DNA of 64,000 bases from an uncultured Dorea sp. (GCA_910587575.1 CAJULU010000003.1:29172-93171), one strand, 5' to 3'. Counted from the first letter of the stretch, positions 20,638 to 29,810 are shown. The notes: a model not told the origin generated them from the letters alone. A program made the numbers and translations.

Positions 20638-21408
20638 TTGATTTATGAACTGAAGCAGCTTGAAAAAGCGGATATACTGTTTAGAGACTGGCAGGAGACG
20701 ATGGTATGGTCCTGCCTGCAGGGTGTGATGGGGACGATCTATGTGGATTCCCGGGAGCATCCGCAGACCGCAATGGCGCGGCTGGGAGACTTCGTTTTTT
20801 TTGCAGGCAGGCCGGACAAAGAATTTGTGTTGTCCGGACCGGGACGGGGAGGCCATGAGTTTACGATCATGGTTCCTGGAGATGGGGCGTGGACGGATCT
20901 GATTGTGGAATGCTGCGGTAAAAATGCCAGGAGGGTTGTCCGGTATGCGATTCAGAAAGAGCCGGACGTGTTTGACCGGGAAAGGCTTCAGAAGCTTGCC
21001 GAAGGACTGCCTGAAGGAATGGTTTTTGAGATGATGGATGAAAGGTTGTTCCGGTATTGTAAGGAAACGGAATGGTGCAGGGACTGGGTGGCTCAATATG
21101 ATGATTATGCGATGTACCAGAACTGGGGGATGGGAGTGGTGGCCCTGAAGGATGGGGAAGTGGTTTCCGGGGCTTCCTCTTATTCCGGTTACAGGGGCGG
21201 AATTGAGATTCAGATTGACACCAGAAAAGATTGCCGAAGACAGGGGATTGCCTGTGCATGTGGGGCAAAGCTGATTCTGGAATGCCTGAAACGGGGGTGG
21301 TATCCAAGCTGGGATGCTCAGAATCCCGCATCCGTGGCCCTGGCAGAGAAGCTGGGGTATCATCTGGATCATGAGTATACGGCTTTTGAAGTAATGGCGG
21401 ATCATTGA
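20638..21408 (+). CDS. GNAT family acetyltransferase
   Basis: IEIQIDT..RRQGIA and WDAQNPASVALAEKLGY motifs. Confidence 0.85.
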   Translation: MIYELKQLEKADILFRDWQETMVWSCLQGVMGTIYVDSREHPQTAMARLGDFVFFAGRPDKEFVLSGPGRGGHEFTIMVPGDGAWTDLIVECCGKNARRVVRYAIQKEPDVFDRERLQKLAEGLPEGMVFEMMDERLFRYCKETEWCRDWVAQYDDYAMYQNWGMGVVALKDGEVVSGASSYSGYRGGIEIQIDTRKDCRRQGIACACGAKLILECLKRGWYPSWDAQNPASVALAEKLGYHLDHEYTAFEVMADH

Positions 21409-21549
21409 GGTATTGCTGCCGCTGTTGCGGCAAATCATTTTGCGGAAGAAAAGGCAGATGAAATATTTACAATATCTCTTGACTTTAAGTATACTTCAGG
21501 TTGTATGATAAAATGAACAATGAAACCAGAGGCAAGGAGGAGTTTGACA

Positions 21550-22026
21550 ATGGGCAAAGTATTGGTAGCATATTTCAGCGCAAGCGGAGTAACTGCGCAA
21601 GTAGCAGAGAGACTGGCAAGGGAGACAGGGGCGGACTTGTTTGAAATAGAACCGGAAGTTCCATACACGGACGAAGATCTTGACTGGCGGGATAAGGGAA
21701 GCAGGAGTTCTGTGGAAATGAGCGACAGGGGATGCCGCCCTGCAATCCGCTCTAAGGTAGGGGATATGAGTCAGTATCATGTGGTATTTATCGGATTCCC
21801 GGTGTGGTGGTACAGGGAACCGTCTATTATTGATACTTTTATGGAAGCCTATGATTTTGCAGGGAAGACGGTGATACCGTTTGCTACATCCGGCGGAAGC
21901 CCAATGGGAGAAGCCGGGAAAAATATACAGGCTTTAGCGCCAGGGGCAAAAGTTGCGGACGGGAAACGTTTTGCGGCGGAGACTTTGGGTAAAGATCTTT
22001 CCGGCTGGGCGTCAGAGTGGATATAA
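21550..22026 (+). CDS. Flavodoxin-like protein
   Basis: VAYFSASGVT, IGFPVWW and PFATSGGS motifs; AAGGAGG RBS. Confidence 0.9.
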   Translation: MGKVLVAYFSASGVTAQVAERLARETGADLFEIEPEVPYTDEDLDWRDKGSRSSVEMSDRGCRPAIRSKVGDMSQYHVVFIGFPVWWYREPSIIDTFMEAYDFAGKTVIPFATSGGSPMGEAGKNIQALAPGAKVADGKRFAAETLGKDLSGWASEWI

Positions 22027-22054
22027 GTAAAATAATTTCCTTGCTGTTCTGAGA

Positions 22055-22086
22055 AAGGGCAAAACCTGGTGAATGGTTTTGCCCTT
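22055..22086. terminator. Terminator between flavodoxin and the 3' end of cotJC
   Basis: 12-bp stem AAGGGCAAAACC / GGTTTTGCCCTT. Confidence 0.7.
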
Positions 22087-22119
22087 GATTATTTCAGATA
22101 GATCCTGTGGGTTTAAAAG

Positions 22120-22203
22120 TTAGTCACGGGGACGGATATCAAACTCAGGGTTGATGGCATAGAAGTTTTTGCTGTCTAAGTGATCCTGGACGATTCTTAA
22201 AGA
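22120..22203 (-). CDS. cotJC: 3' segment of split cotJC (residues 176-202, SLRIVQDHLDSKNFYAINPEFDIRPRD*)
   Basis: Manual translation; follows RFGE encoded by the 12-bp repeat and is in frame with the 5' segment at 40175-40699; resembles clostridial CotJC C-termini; absent from the ORF track. Confidence 0.88.
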   Translation of the reverse strand, partial: SLRIVQDHLDSKNFYAINPEFDIRPRD

Positions 22204-22234
22204 TTCACCGAAACGGGAAGATTGAAGTAGAATT
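22204..22234. repeat. Left attachment site: core TTCACCGAAACG plus element arm CGGGAAGATTGAAGTA
   Basis: Core identical to 40175-40186; arm is a 15/16 inverted match to 40153-40168. Confidence 0.9.
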
Positions 22235-22265
22235 ACCTCAAAAAAGATAGCGGTTAAAATCCGCT

Positions 22266-23774
22266 TTAGATTTTCCATGTGATTTCAATATTCCCGTTTG
22301 CTATCTTAATTACTTTGATTAAAGTATCAACGACTGTCTGCTTATCCTCAAAGGAAATCTTATCCCATTTCCCTACATGGTCTGTTATTTGTCCGATTTT
22401 ATCACCTGTTTTAGAAACGGGGAGAGAATGAAGTTCTTCCTGTAAGGTCTGGCGTTCAGTATCTAACTCGGTAATCTTATCATTGATGTATTTCATCAAA
22501 ACGCTATTGGCGTTTGCTACTTTTGAAAGCAGGTCGTTGATTTCCTCGTCGATTTGTGTCAAACGGATTTTTGTTTTTGATAATTGGGGATTTGCCCCAG
22601 CGTCTTTTCCACTGGATAGCTTTTTAAACTCTGACAGTCTGTCACGGATAGCGTTCAGCATATATTCTTCCAGAACGTCGGCATAGATGGTACAGCCTGT
22701 TCCTTTGCAAGTTCCGCTGTTTCCTACGCAGCTACATACAAAATAGCGTCCGTGTTTTGTCTTTGCTTTTCTCACTACCAATGCATAACCACAATTACCA
22801 CATTTTACTTTTCCTACCAGCCATGAATTTTTAGCCTTGCAGGTCTTAGTTGACTGGCGGTTATTCAGACAGCGTACCCGACATGCTATCCATGTCTTAG
22901 AGGGAATAAATCCCTTATGTGGTGCTAACACAATTTCTTTATCAGCAAGGTCACATTGTTTTCTGGTCTTTGAGACTGTTCCCTTGTAGAGATAACAAGC
23001 ATTATAGCCTGTAAAATCACTTGCAGGATTGAAGATATTCGCACCTTGATTTTTGTAGAAATTGTACACATCAATATCCGCTTCAACATAAATAGGATTT
23101 CTTAACATTTCACTTAACCTTGCGGTACTCCAATTAGCACCTCGTAAGTTTTTAATACCGTGATTATTAAGATACCGCATAATCTCACCAAGCGAATTTG
23201 ACGGGTTCGCATACATGGAATAAATGAGTTTCAGTTGTTCACTTTCTTCTGGAACTTCTTCATACATGGAAGTGCGGACATTATCAATTACCGTATCCAC
23301 AAGCCGGAAACCATAAGGAATACGACCACCCATGTAAAAACCATGCTTACACCTTGCATAATAAGCGTCTGTTACTCGTTTCTGTATTGTTTCTCGTTCG
23401 AGCTGTGCAAAAACAATACAAATATTCAACATAGCTCTGCCGATTGGCGCTGATGTGTCGAACTTCTCTGTTGAGGAAACAAATTCTACACTGTATTTCT
23501 GAAATACTTCCATCATGTTAGCGAAGTCCAGTATCGAACGGCTGATACGGTCTAGCTTGTAAACGATAACTCGCTTGATTTTACCAGCTTTGATGTCAGA
23601 CATCATTTTTTCAAAATCCGGTCTGTTTGTGTTCTTTCCGCTGAATCCCCTGTCTGCATATTCGATATAAGGGTCTCCGTGGGTTTCATATTTACAATAT
23701 TCAAGCTGGCTTTCAACGGATATACTGTCTTTCTTTTCGATTGATTGGCGTCCATATAATGCGTCATACATCAT
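22266..23774 (-). CDS. Large serine recombinase (resolvase, recombinase, Zn-ribbon and coiled-coil domains), 502 aa
   Basis: YGRQS catalytic Ser, DRGFSGKNTNRP, KLDRISR, FAQLERE, GGRIPYGF and KCGNCG...YFVC motifs; GGGAGG RBS supports ATG at 23774. Confidence 0.95.
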   Translation of the reverse strand: MMYDALYGRQSIEKKDSISVESQLEYCKYETHGDPYIEYADRGFSGKNTNRPDFEKMMSDIKAGKIKRVIVYKLDRISRSILDFANMMEVFQKYSVEFVSSTEKFDTSAPIGRAMLNICIVFAQLERETIQKRVTDAYYARCKHGFYMGGRIPYGFRLVDTVIDNVRTSMYEEVPEESEQLKLIYSMYANPSNSLGEIMRYLNNHGIKNLRGANWSTARLSEMLRNPIYVEADIDVYNFYKNQGANIFNPASDFTGYNACYLYKGTVSKTRKQCDLADKEIVLAPHKGFIPSKTWIACRVRCLNNRQSTKTCKAKNSWLVGKVKCGNCGYALVVRKAKTKHGRYFVCSCVGNSGTCKGTGCTIYADVLEEYMLNAIRDRLSEFKKLSSGKDAGANPQLSKTKIRLTQIDEEINDLLSKVANANSVLMKYINDKITELDTERQTLQEELHSLPVSKTGDKIGQITDHVGKWDKISFEDKQTVVDTLIKVIKIANGNIEITWKI

Positions 23775-23823
23775 CTCTTTGTCCTCCCGACAAGGACGTA
23801 TGACATAAGCCGCCCACACTTAT

Positions 23824-23852
23824 ATTATACCACCGAACGTATATTCTTTCAA
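23824..23852 (-). promoter_or_regulatory. SigmaA-type promoter of the recombinase
   Basis: TTGAAA-N17-TATAAT with extended -10 TG on the minus strand. Confidence 0.75.
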
Positions 23853-23857
23853 TAAAA

Positions 23858-24022
23858 TCAATCATATTTTTTAAATATCTGGAATAACTGTTTTTCAATT
23901 TCCTGTCTGGCAGCTTTTTGTGATTCTTCTGTATATTGTGGGCGGCGGTTGATTACAATTAGTTTCATTTTTTGCTGATTGATATTATCTTTATCAATCG
24001 CATAAAATATTTTATCTTCCAT
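23858..24022 (-). CDS. 54-aa small protein, candidate recombination directionality factor (MEDKIFYAIDKDNINQQKMKLIVINRRPQYTEESQKAARQEIEKQLFQIFKKYD)
   Basis: Manual translation; AAGGGGG RBS; occupies the xis position directly upstream of the integrase; function inferred from position only. Confidence 0.6.
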   Translation of the reverse strand: MEDKIFYAIDKDNINQQKMKLIVINRRPQYTEESQKAARQEIEKQLFQIFKKYD

Positions 24023-24053
24023 AAAACATACCCCCTTGCAGGTACTTTTGTAT

Positions 24054-24084
24054 ATCTTATGAAAGACAGCAAGTACACTATAAC
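24054..24084 (-). promoter_or_regulatory. SigmaE-like (mother-cell) promoter upstream of the small ORF
   Basis: GTTATA-N17-CATAAGAT, matching the ATA-N16/18-CATAcanT consensus. Confidence 0.55.
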
Positions 24085-24088
24085 AATG

Positions 24089-24335
24089 AGCAATCAGACG
24101 GCTTTGGAAAGCTCCGCTGGATTTTCACCATTCCCATTCTGATGGGCAAACCGTGTCATACGGGCGTATCATTATTCTGATATACAGGTCATGGCAGCGG
24201 TTTATCCAACAACCGCCCACGGTTCACTGAAAATTATCGCTCTATGATGATTCCCCCTTTCGGTCATGGCGTTTTCGTCCGTCGGCTCGCTGCATATCAA
24301 ACGTATCTGATTGCTTTATTCTATTGTCAAAGAAC
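24089..24335 (-). ncRNA. Putative structured RNA preceded by a boxA-like sequence
   Basis: Perfect 10-bp closing helix (24089-24098 with 24306-24315), internal hairpins, twice-repeated GCCATGACC, upstream TGTTCTTTGACAA. Confidence 0.4.
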
Positions 24336-24425
24336 ACTCGACTGTAATTTGCCAGTCTATGAAAATCCACTATTAGAATAATGGATTTTCATAAACTAAC
24401 AAGAAAAGTATGTTGGAGTATTGCT

Positions 24426-24665
24426 TTAAGCTATTTCCATCTCAAATTTCATTATCATCTTCATTAAAGCAGTTCAGATTCTGCCCTTTAATTCCATATC
24501 CACAGCAAGATAGATATTTCCATATTCATCAAATAGAGGGCGTAAACTGGCTTTTGATATGTATGCGTCATAGTGATTTAAAACTTTATGAATTGCCATT
24601 TCGTTTCCATCTGTCGCTGCTGCAATAACAGCATATTGCGGACATTTAGCTGTTGATTTCATCAT
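24426..24665 (-). pseudogene. Tn916 orf8-like HTH regulator with premature TGA
   Basis: In-frame TGA at 24474-24476 followed by TALMKMIMKFEMEIA*, which resembles the usual C-terminal helix; a CGA>TGA change is likely. Confidence 0.65.
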
Positions 24666-25086
24666 CTTTCATTTCCTCCTTAATTAATCTCCTAATTTCC
24701 TTCAATGCATTTGCACGGTTTCTGGTAGCTGTCGAGCGTGCTATTTGAAAAAAATTTGAGATTTCTTCATCTGTCATATCCAAGAAATAATACATTAAAA
24801 TAATGTCTCTTTTTCTTTCAGACAGACATTTTAGAGTAGCGTACAACCTGTCATCTAAAACATGGATAATCTCACCCAGCACTTTGAATGATGTTAAATC
24901 AGAAAAGTATTCATCCGTCTTTCCGATACAGTTTATTTCCGTTTCTGATAAGTCTGAAAATGTCAATTCATGCTTTGCACGTCTACCAATTTCCCGTTCA
25001 TAATCTTTTACGGTACAATCAATAACTTTACGTGCCAGAGTGTCAAATTGAAGTTGGATAGCTTTTTGGAAAGAAGTTATTCTCAT
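24646..25086 (-). CDS. Tn916 orf7-like sigma-70 region 4 regulator
   Basis: LSERKRDIILMYYFLDMTDEEIS...RST helix-turn-helix; overlaps the orf8-like gene; AAGGGGGTG RBS. Confidence 0.8.
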   Translation of the reverse strand: MRITSFQKAIQLQFDTLARKVIDCTVKDYEREIGRRAKHELTFSDLSETEINCIGKTDEYFSDLTSFKVLGEIIHVLDDRLYATLKCLSERKRDIILMYYFLDMTDEEISNFFQIARSTATRNRANALKEIRRLIKEEMKDDEINS

Positions 25087-25561
25087 AATCTCACCCCCTT
25101 TCTTGTGGACTGAAAGGGGATAAAATTGTTCTTTCCCTTTTCGCACTAACACTCGTTTCATAAGAGCGTTTTGGTGCATATTTCTAAAAAAAGTAATATT
25201 TTCTTTTGCATAATAAAAAGCCTGACCGATAAAAATCGGCAGACTTCGTTACAATCTGTTTATTTCAATAAACAGATACAAAGTAATAAACTTTGAAGAT
25301 GTTGTATGGGGAGAGCATTACACCCCTTATTTTTGCTGGTTATGTCATTTAATAGCAAAATTTTTATCGGAAAATTTTACATTTATTTACAATTTTTTTG
25401 TTAATCATACATCAATATATGTGAAAAAATTGTCAAATATTGTCAACAAAAAATATTTGTCTTATTCATTTCCTTGAAATGGAATTTATAGATTCCATTT
25501 TAGCTACATAAAATTATTATAATTTTTTTATTCCCAAACCTAAAGGAGAATGTAGTTGATT

Positions 25562-25795
25562 ATGAAACTAAAACAAGATATATCCATAGGTGAGAATCTT
25601 CGTACTCTTAGAAAGAGAGCAGGATTGTCTCAAGAAGAAGTTGCGGCAAAATTACAGATATTAGAACTTCCAGTAAGCAGAGAAGTCATTTCACAAATGG
25701 AATGTGGGAAATATAGTATCCGAATAAGTGTGTTAATGGGAATGATTTTCCACCGCCAAGAGAGCCTAAGAACGCCGCCGCTAACGCATTGGTGA
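25562..25795 (+). pseudogene. XRE-family HTH repressor, C-terminally truncated by deletion
   Basis: IGENLRTLRKRAGLSQEEVAAKL HTH; after about 25745 the frame runs into antisense virB4 sequence. Confidence 0.65.
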
Positions 25796-27182
25796 CAGAA
25801 CCTTTTACTCCCTGTGCTGCAAGGCTGGGTTTTAAGTAGACGTTTCTTCCCGTATCAAGGTTATAGCCGATATAAATACCGTCCGTTTCCCCTAACTGCT
25901 GCGTCGCCCCGAATCCAAGTCCGGCAAGGAAATCGCTGGTAACATACTGGATATAGTCATTCATGTACCGCTTGCTTGCTGGTAGAAATTCCCCATGCAA
26001 TCCCAGCATATCCCCGAACGGGCGTACCAGCTTCACATTCAAGTCGTCGTAGAAATCCTTGACTTCATCACAGCGGCGTTTCAGCTCGTCCAGATTGTCA
26101 GCCGCCACACGGATAACATAGGACAATTTATACATGGATTCCTTTGACTGGTCTAAACTGGTTTCCAGCTCATTTACCGAATCCAAAGCCTCCATTACGT
26201 TGCTGCCTGTCTCATTGTTGGATTCCCACGCATGGTTATCCAAGTCTTTTAGCTCTTTCTTCTTGTTGCGGACGGTTGATAAGGCTTTTTTATTTGTCAC
26301 AATCTCTACATTCATTGAGGTTGAGACAGGGAATGTGAACTGCTGTTGCTGGTAGTAGAAGATTTCCGAAGATGGAAAGTCCAACTCCCCGACAATGTTG
26401 TTGATGGTAAAATAAGCAGCGTAGGTTATGATATCCTCACTGTCTATTTCCAAATACCGTTGGTTTTCGGTTATCATACGGCGAGTAGGACGGATGAGGT
26501 CATATCGCTTTACCAGTGTTTCACGCTTCAATCTTTTTATGGGAAAATCGTATTCATAATCCTCATAGGCAACACCGGCTCTGCCGTAAATATGCTCTAT
26601 GAGATAGCCAAAATCCTTTTTCTCCAATCTGCGAAATTTAAAGCGTCTGGAAATTTTATTTTCCAGTAACTTTTCCATCTTTATGTAACGATTGATTTCA
26701 TCATTGCTTATGGAAATGAAGTCGCCCATCAGTTTATGGTTGACCTCATAGATAAAATCTGTAAAGCTCATAGACACTGATTTCCTTATACCTTTTAAGC
26801 TAATTTCTTCTTCATTTACTAACAGCTTAAAAAAAAAAAAAAAACGGTAGTCAATCTGGTTTTCTCCAATCATATCTACTAATGCTTGTGTCTGCTGGTC
26901 TATCTTCTCACAGGCGACCTCACATAGCCGCCCTGTGATTTCCTTCTTTGAACGCTCTTGTGTAGCCCGTATACTTGATTCCGTGCTTATCTGTAAGGCA
27001 TGGATTTTCCCGTCACGGCTCTGTGCGATAAGCTGGCGGAAGTTATCATGTACCAGATACTTTTCCTCTGGTGACAGGAACGAATAATTGTAGGGTATCA
27101 ACTCGTAGTAGGCAAAACATTCGCCGTCATAGTTGAATACCAGATTGTTTTCAATATATTTAATCGGGAACATAGATTTCAC
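25686..27182 (-). pseudogene. VirB4-like conjugation ATPase (Tn916 Orf16/ConE/TcpF), truncated at Walker A
   Basis: Orf16-like from FPIKYIENNLV to GSLGGGKSF, then 16 unrelated residues; the ATPase domain proper is missing. Confidence 0.88.
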
Positions 27183-27549
27183 TCCTAACTGCTGTGACAG
27201 CGGTATTAAAATTTTCAGTTTTCAGATGGACGGTCTTTCCGGCATAGGTGACTTTTGGGCGTAAGTAGTAGGAAATACAGGATTTTAGGAATCCAAATGG
27301 TTTCTTCCCGTCGAAAGTCTTTTGGGATACGAACCATGTAAACGCTACGGGAAATCCAAAATATTTGAGGAATACCCCGTCAATCATGGAGAATGGCGGC
27401 AGCTCCCCGAACAGGATAACGACGAACAGCGACAGCACAAACCACGCCATCTGGCTAAAGGTCACGGGAAATGGGAGCTGAAAGTCATTGATAGCATAGA
27501 TAACTTTCTCCACGCTCCAAATATTAGTGTAGCTTTTTAATTTTTTCAA
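27160..27549 (-). CDS. TcpE family conjugal transfer protein (Tn916 Orf17)
   Basis: SYTNIWSVEKVIYAINDF and KTFDGKKPFGFLKS motifs. Confidence 0.88.
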   Translation of the reverse strand: MKKLKSYTNIWSVEKVIYAINDFQLPFPVTFSQMAWFVLSLFVVILFGELPPFSMIDGVFLKYFGFPVAFTWFVSQKTFDGKKPFGFLKSCISYYLRPKVTYAGKTVHLKTENFNTAVTAVRSEIYVPD

Positions 27550-27701
27550 TTTTCTGAATCATCCCTTTCTTATTTTCTTTAACTGAAAACGGCAGTCTGT
27601 TTCCAGACCGCCGCATATCTCTTGTTGCATAAAAAAACCAGTGGTGCTTCACTGGAAGATAATAAATCCGTATGCTATTATCACTACTGGTAGAAGTATC
27701 C

Positions 27702-28190
27702 TTAATACGGACATTCAAATACCCCGTGATTGGTAACTACAAAATGTCCTTCTAAATCTAAGTCACGCCCGTATGCTTCATAATCTATGTAGCTGCGGAT
27801 TCTGTCTGGTATCTCTCCGAGACTTTGACATTCATCTATGAAATAGTAGGCAACGTCGGTCATATCGTTGCAATCGGGATACTGGATAATCTCATCTGCA
27901 TGTTCGCATAGTTCTTCTAAATTGCGGTAGTAGCCAAGCAGCTCCGAAAGCTCGTCCTGTATGTCCTCCGGTAAATCCTCCACCATCTCGCAAAGTCGGT
28001 TGATTTCCTCAATAGGCGTATACTCGTCAATGTCAAAGGGCAGCTCGTAGTCGTGAATTGCGTATTCCTCATACTCGTCATTTAAGCCGATACGTTCTGC
28101 CATCTCGTCATAGTCTATGGGCGGCGTGAACCATGCGCCCACCAGTTCCCCTTCATTGTATTTTCCGAGGTTGGCAATGTAAACCTGCAT
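27702..28190 (-). CDS. ardA: Antirestriction protein ArdA
   Basis: VYIANLGKYNEGELVGAWF, YAIHDYE and YIDYEAYGRDL motifs; highly acidic. Confidence 0.93.
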   Translation of the reverse strand: MQVYIANLGKYNEGELVGAWFTPPIDYDEMAERIGLNDEYEEYAIHDYELPFDIDEYTPIEEINRLCEMVEDLPEDIQDELSELLGYYRNLEELCEHADEIIQYPDCNDMTDVAYYFIDECQSLGEIPDRIRSYIDYEAYGRDLDLEGHFVVTNHGVFECPY

Positions 28191-28214
28191 TTCTTCTATG
28201 ATATACCACCACCT

Positions 28215-28718
28215 TTACCGATAGCGGAACACGCCGCTTGCTGTGAAAAGATACTCGTCGCTTGCTTCTAATTCCTGCCCGATTGACGCATAGTCGATAT
28301 GGTTCTGCAGAGCAGCCGGAATCTCCCCGTAGAGCTGTTCCTCTGTCAGAAGAATCCTTGCCAGCGATTCCCCGTCGTATGCGTCATAATGGCGTATCTC
28401 GTCCTTGTTTTCAAAAAAATCCTCAAATCTGTAAAACCACTTTTTCTGTATGGTTTCTATTTCATTCCCCACAGGCGTACCCTCTATTTCCTGTACCTTG
28501 CGGCAGTTCTCGTTGACCTCCCAGATGGGAGTGTCGGTATTCACATAGAACGGCAACTCATAGTCTGCAATTAATAATTGTTCCTCATGCTCCACGCCTA
28601 ATCTTTCCTTGATTTCCTCAAAATCCACAAGGCAGTCAAACCAGTCGCCGGAATATTCCTCGTCGCCCTCTCGGTAAGGCTTTGTATTGTTCAACAGGTA
28701 AATCCTCATTTCATACAC
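28215..28718 (-). CDS. ardA: Divergent second ArdA-family protein
   Basis: GDWF, IADYELPF and GEIP..LQNHIDYASIG align with the adjacent ArdA; acidic. Confidence 0.75.
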   Translation of the reverse strand: MYEMRIYLLNNTKPYREGDEEYSGDWFDCLVDFEEIKERLGVEHEEQLLIADYELPFYVNTDTPIWEVNENCRKVQEIEGTPVGNEIETIQKKWFYRFEDFFENKDEIRHYDAYDGESLARILLTEEQLYGEIPAALQNHIDYASIGQELEASDEYLFTASGVFRYR

Positions 28719-28936
28719 GTTGTTTCACGTCCTTTCTTAATTTCCTGTGTTCCCATGATTACAATATAATCCTCTCCAAATACATAATGGGAAAATTTTT
28801 CTAACTGTTCCTTTGGGTAGGAGTACGGTGGCAGCTCCTTTAATTCTTCCAACACCCTTTTTCTGCGATGGGGCAGGTCAGAGATATAGTTGCAACCAGC
28901 CAGTCCTACCATGTCCTCAAAAATATCTGTTTTCAT
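28706..28936 (-). CDS. Small hypothetical ICE protein
   Basis: 76-aa ORF with GGAGG RBS; overlaps the ardA start. Confidence 0.6.
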   Translation of the reverse strand: MKTDIFEDMVGLAGCNYISDLPHRRKRVLEELKELPPYSYPKEQLEKFSHYVFGEDYIVIMGTQEIKKGRETTCMK

Positions 28937-29063
28937 TTAATCCTCCAATTCCACATAAAAAAAGCAGTAACCATGTTTGATATACTGCTCATTAATTATG
29001 AATATAAAATCGTCACCCAAAGACAATACTGAATATTTTTTTACAATTTCAGGTATTTAATCG

Positions 29064-29810
29064 TTACTTTAATTGTAAATCTAGTGAAAGCCTATATTTT
29101 CTATCTCTTTTTTCATTTTTTCTATCCAATTCTGAATTAACAAAGTTCATATGCCAACAAAATTTTTGGTAGGTTTTTTCGTCGATGTCTTTGCCAATTT
29201 CCTTTTGCATATTTTTAAACCCATTCATTAGCATTTCACCGCAAAAATGGCAATCATTGAGAAAGTTCAAAAAATAAAGATTATCAAAATCTTTTCTAAT
29301 ATATCCACTCAACTTGCTATCTTGAAGAATTTCATTGACAACATTTCTATCAATTATAATTCTAGGGTAATTCGCAACCTTATCCTCTAAGTAATATGAT
29401 TTTAAAAGTGCTTCCCCCCAAACCATTACATCATCTATAAAAAGTTGTCCTATAGAAATATCACCACGCATGAGCCAACCTACACAATCGCTTGCTGCCA
29501 ACTCTTGAAAATGACCTGCACACATTAATAAACTTCTAATATCACGTTTACGTTGTTTTGTTTTACTTGATATTTTTTTTGCTATGATGATATTATCGGA
29601 GAAGATTTTAAATCGAATATCTTTGTTTTCTTCAATTTGAACTTCCTTTGTTACATTTATTGAGAACGTATATAAATTGTGTAATATGTTCATTGCCAGT
29701 TGTTGGTCTGTTGACTTGATTTTGTTTGTAATACCTAAAAGGTCAATATATGCAACAATATAAGTATCCGTTTTTCGACTATAAGCATCTGCATTTTGGT
29801 TTATTAACAT
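29064..29810 (-). CDS. Class III nucleotide cyclase-like protein (AT-rich cargo)
   Basis: IDLLG...FSDNI...RGDISIG...WGEALLKSY.LE...YPRI pattern of cyclase-like folds; own RBS and extended -10. Confidence 0.55.
   Translation of the reverse strand: MLINQNADAYSRKTDTYIVAYIDLLGITNKIKSTDQQLAMNILHNLYTFSINVTKEVQIEENKDIRFKIFSDNIIIAKKISSKTKQRKRDIRSLLMCAGHFQELAASDCVGWLMRGDISIGQLFIDDVMVWGEALLKSYYLEDKVANYPRIIIDRNVVNEILQDSKLSGYIRKDFDNLYFLNFLNDCHFCGEMLMNGFKNMQKEIGKDIDEKTYQKFCWHMNFVNSELDRKNEKRDRKYRLSLDLQLK

Noticed and set aside
23775..23819. GTG start for the recombinase at 23819
   Set aside because: It lies at the predicted TSS with no RBS; ATG at 23774 has GGGAGG and puts the catalytic Ser near the N-terminus.
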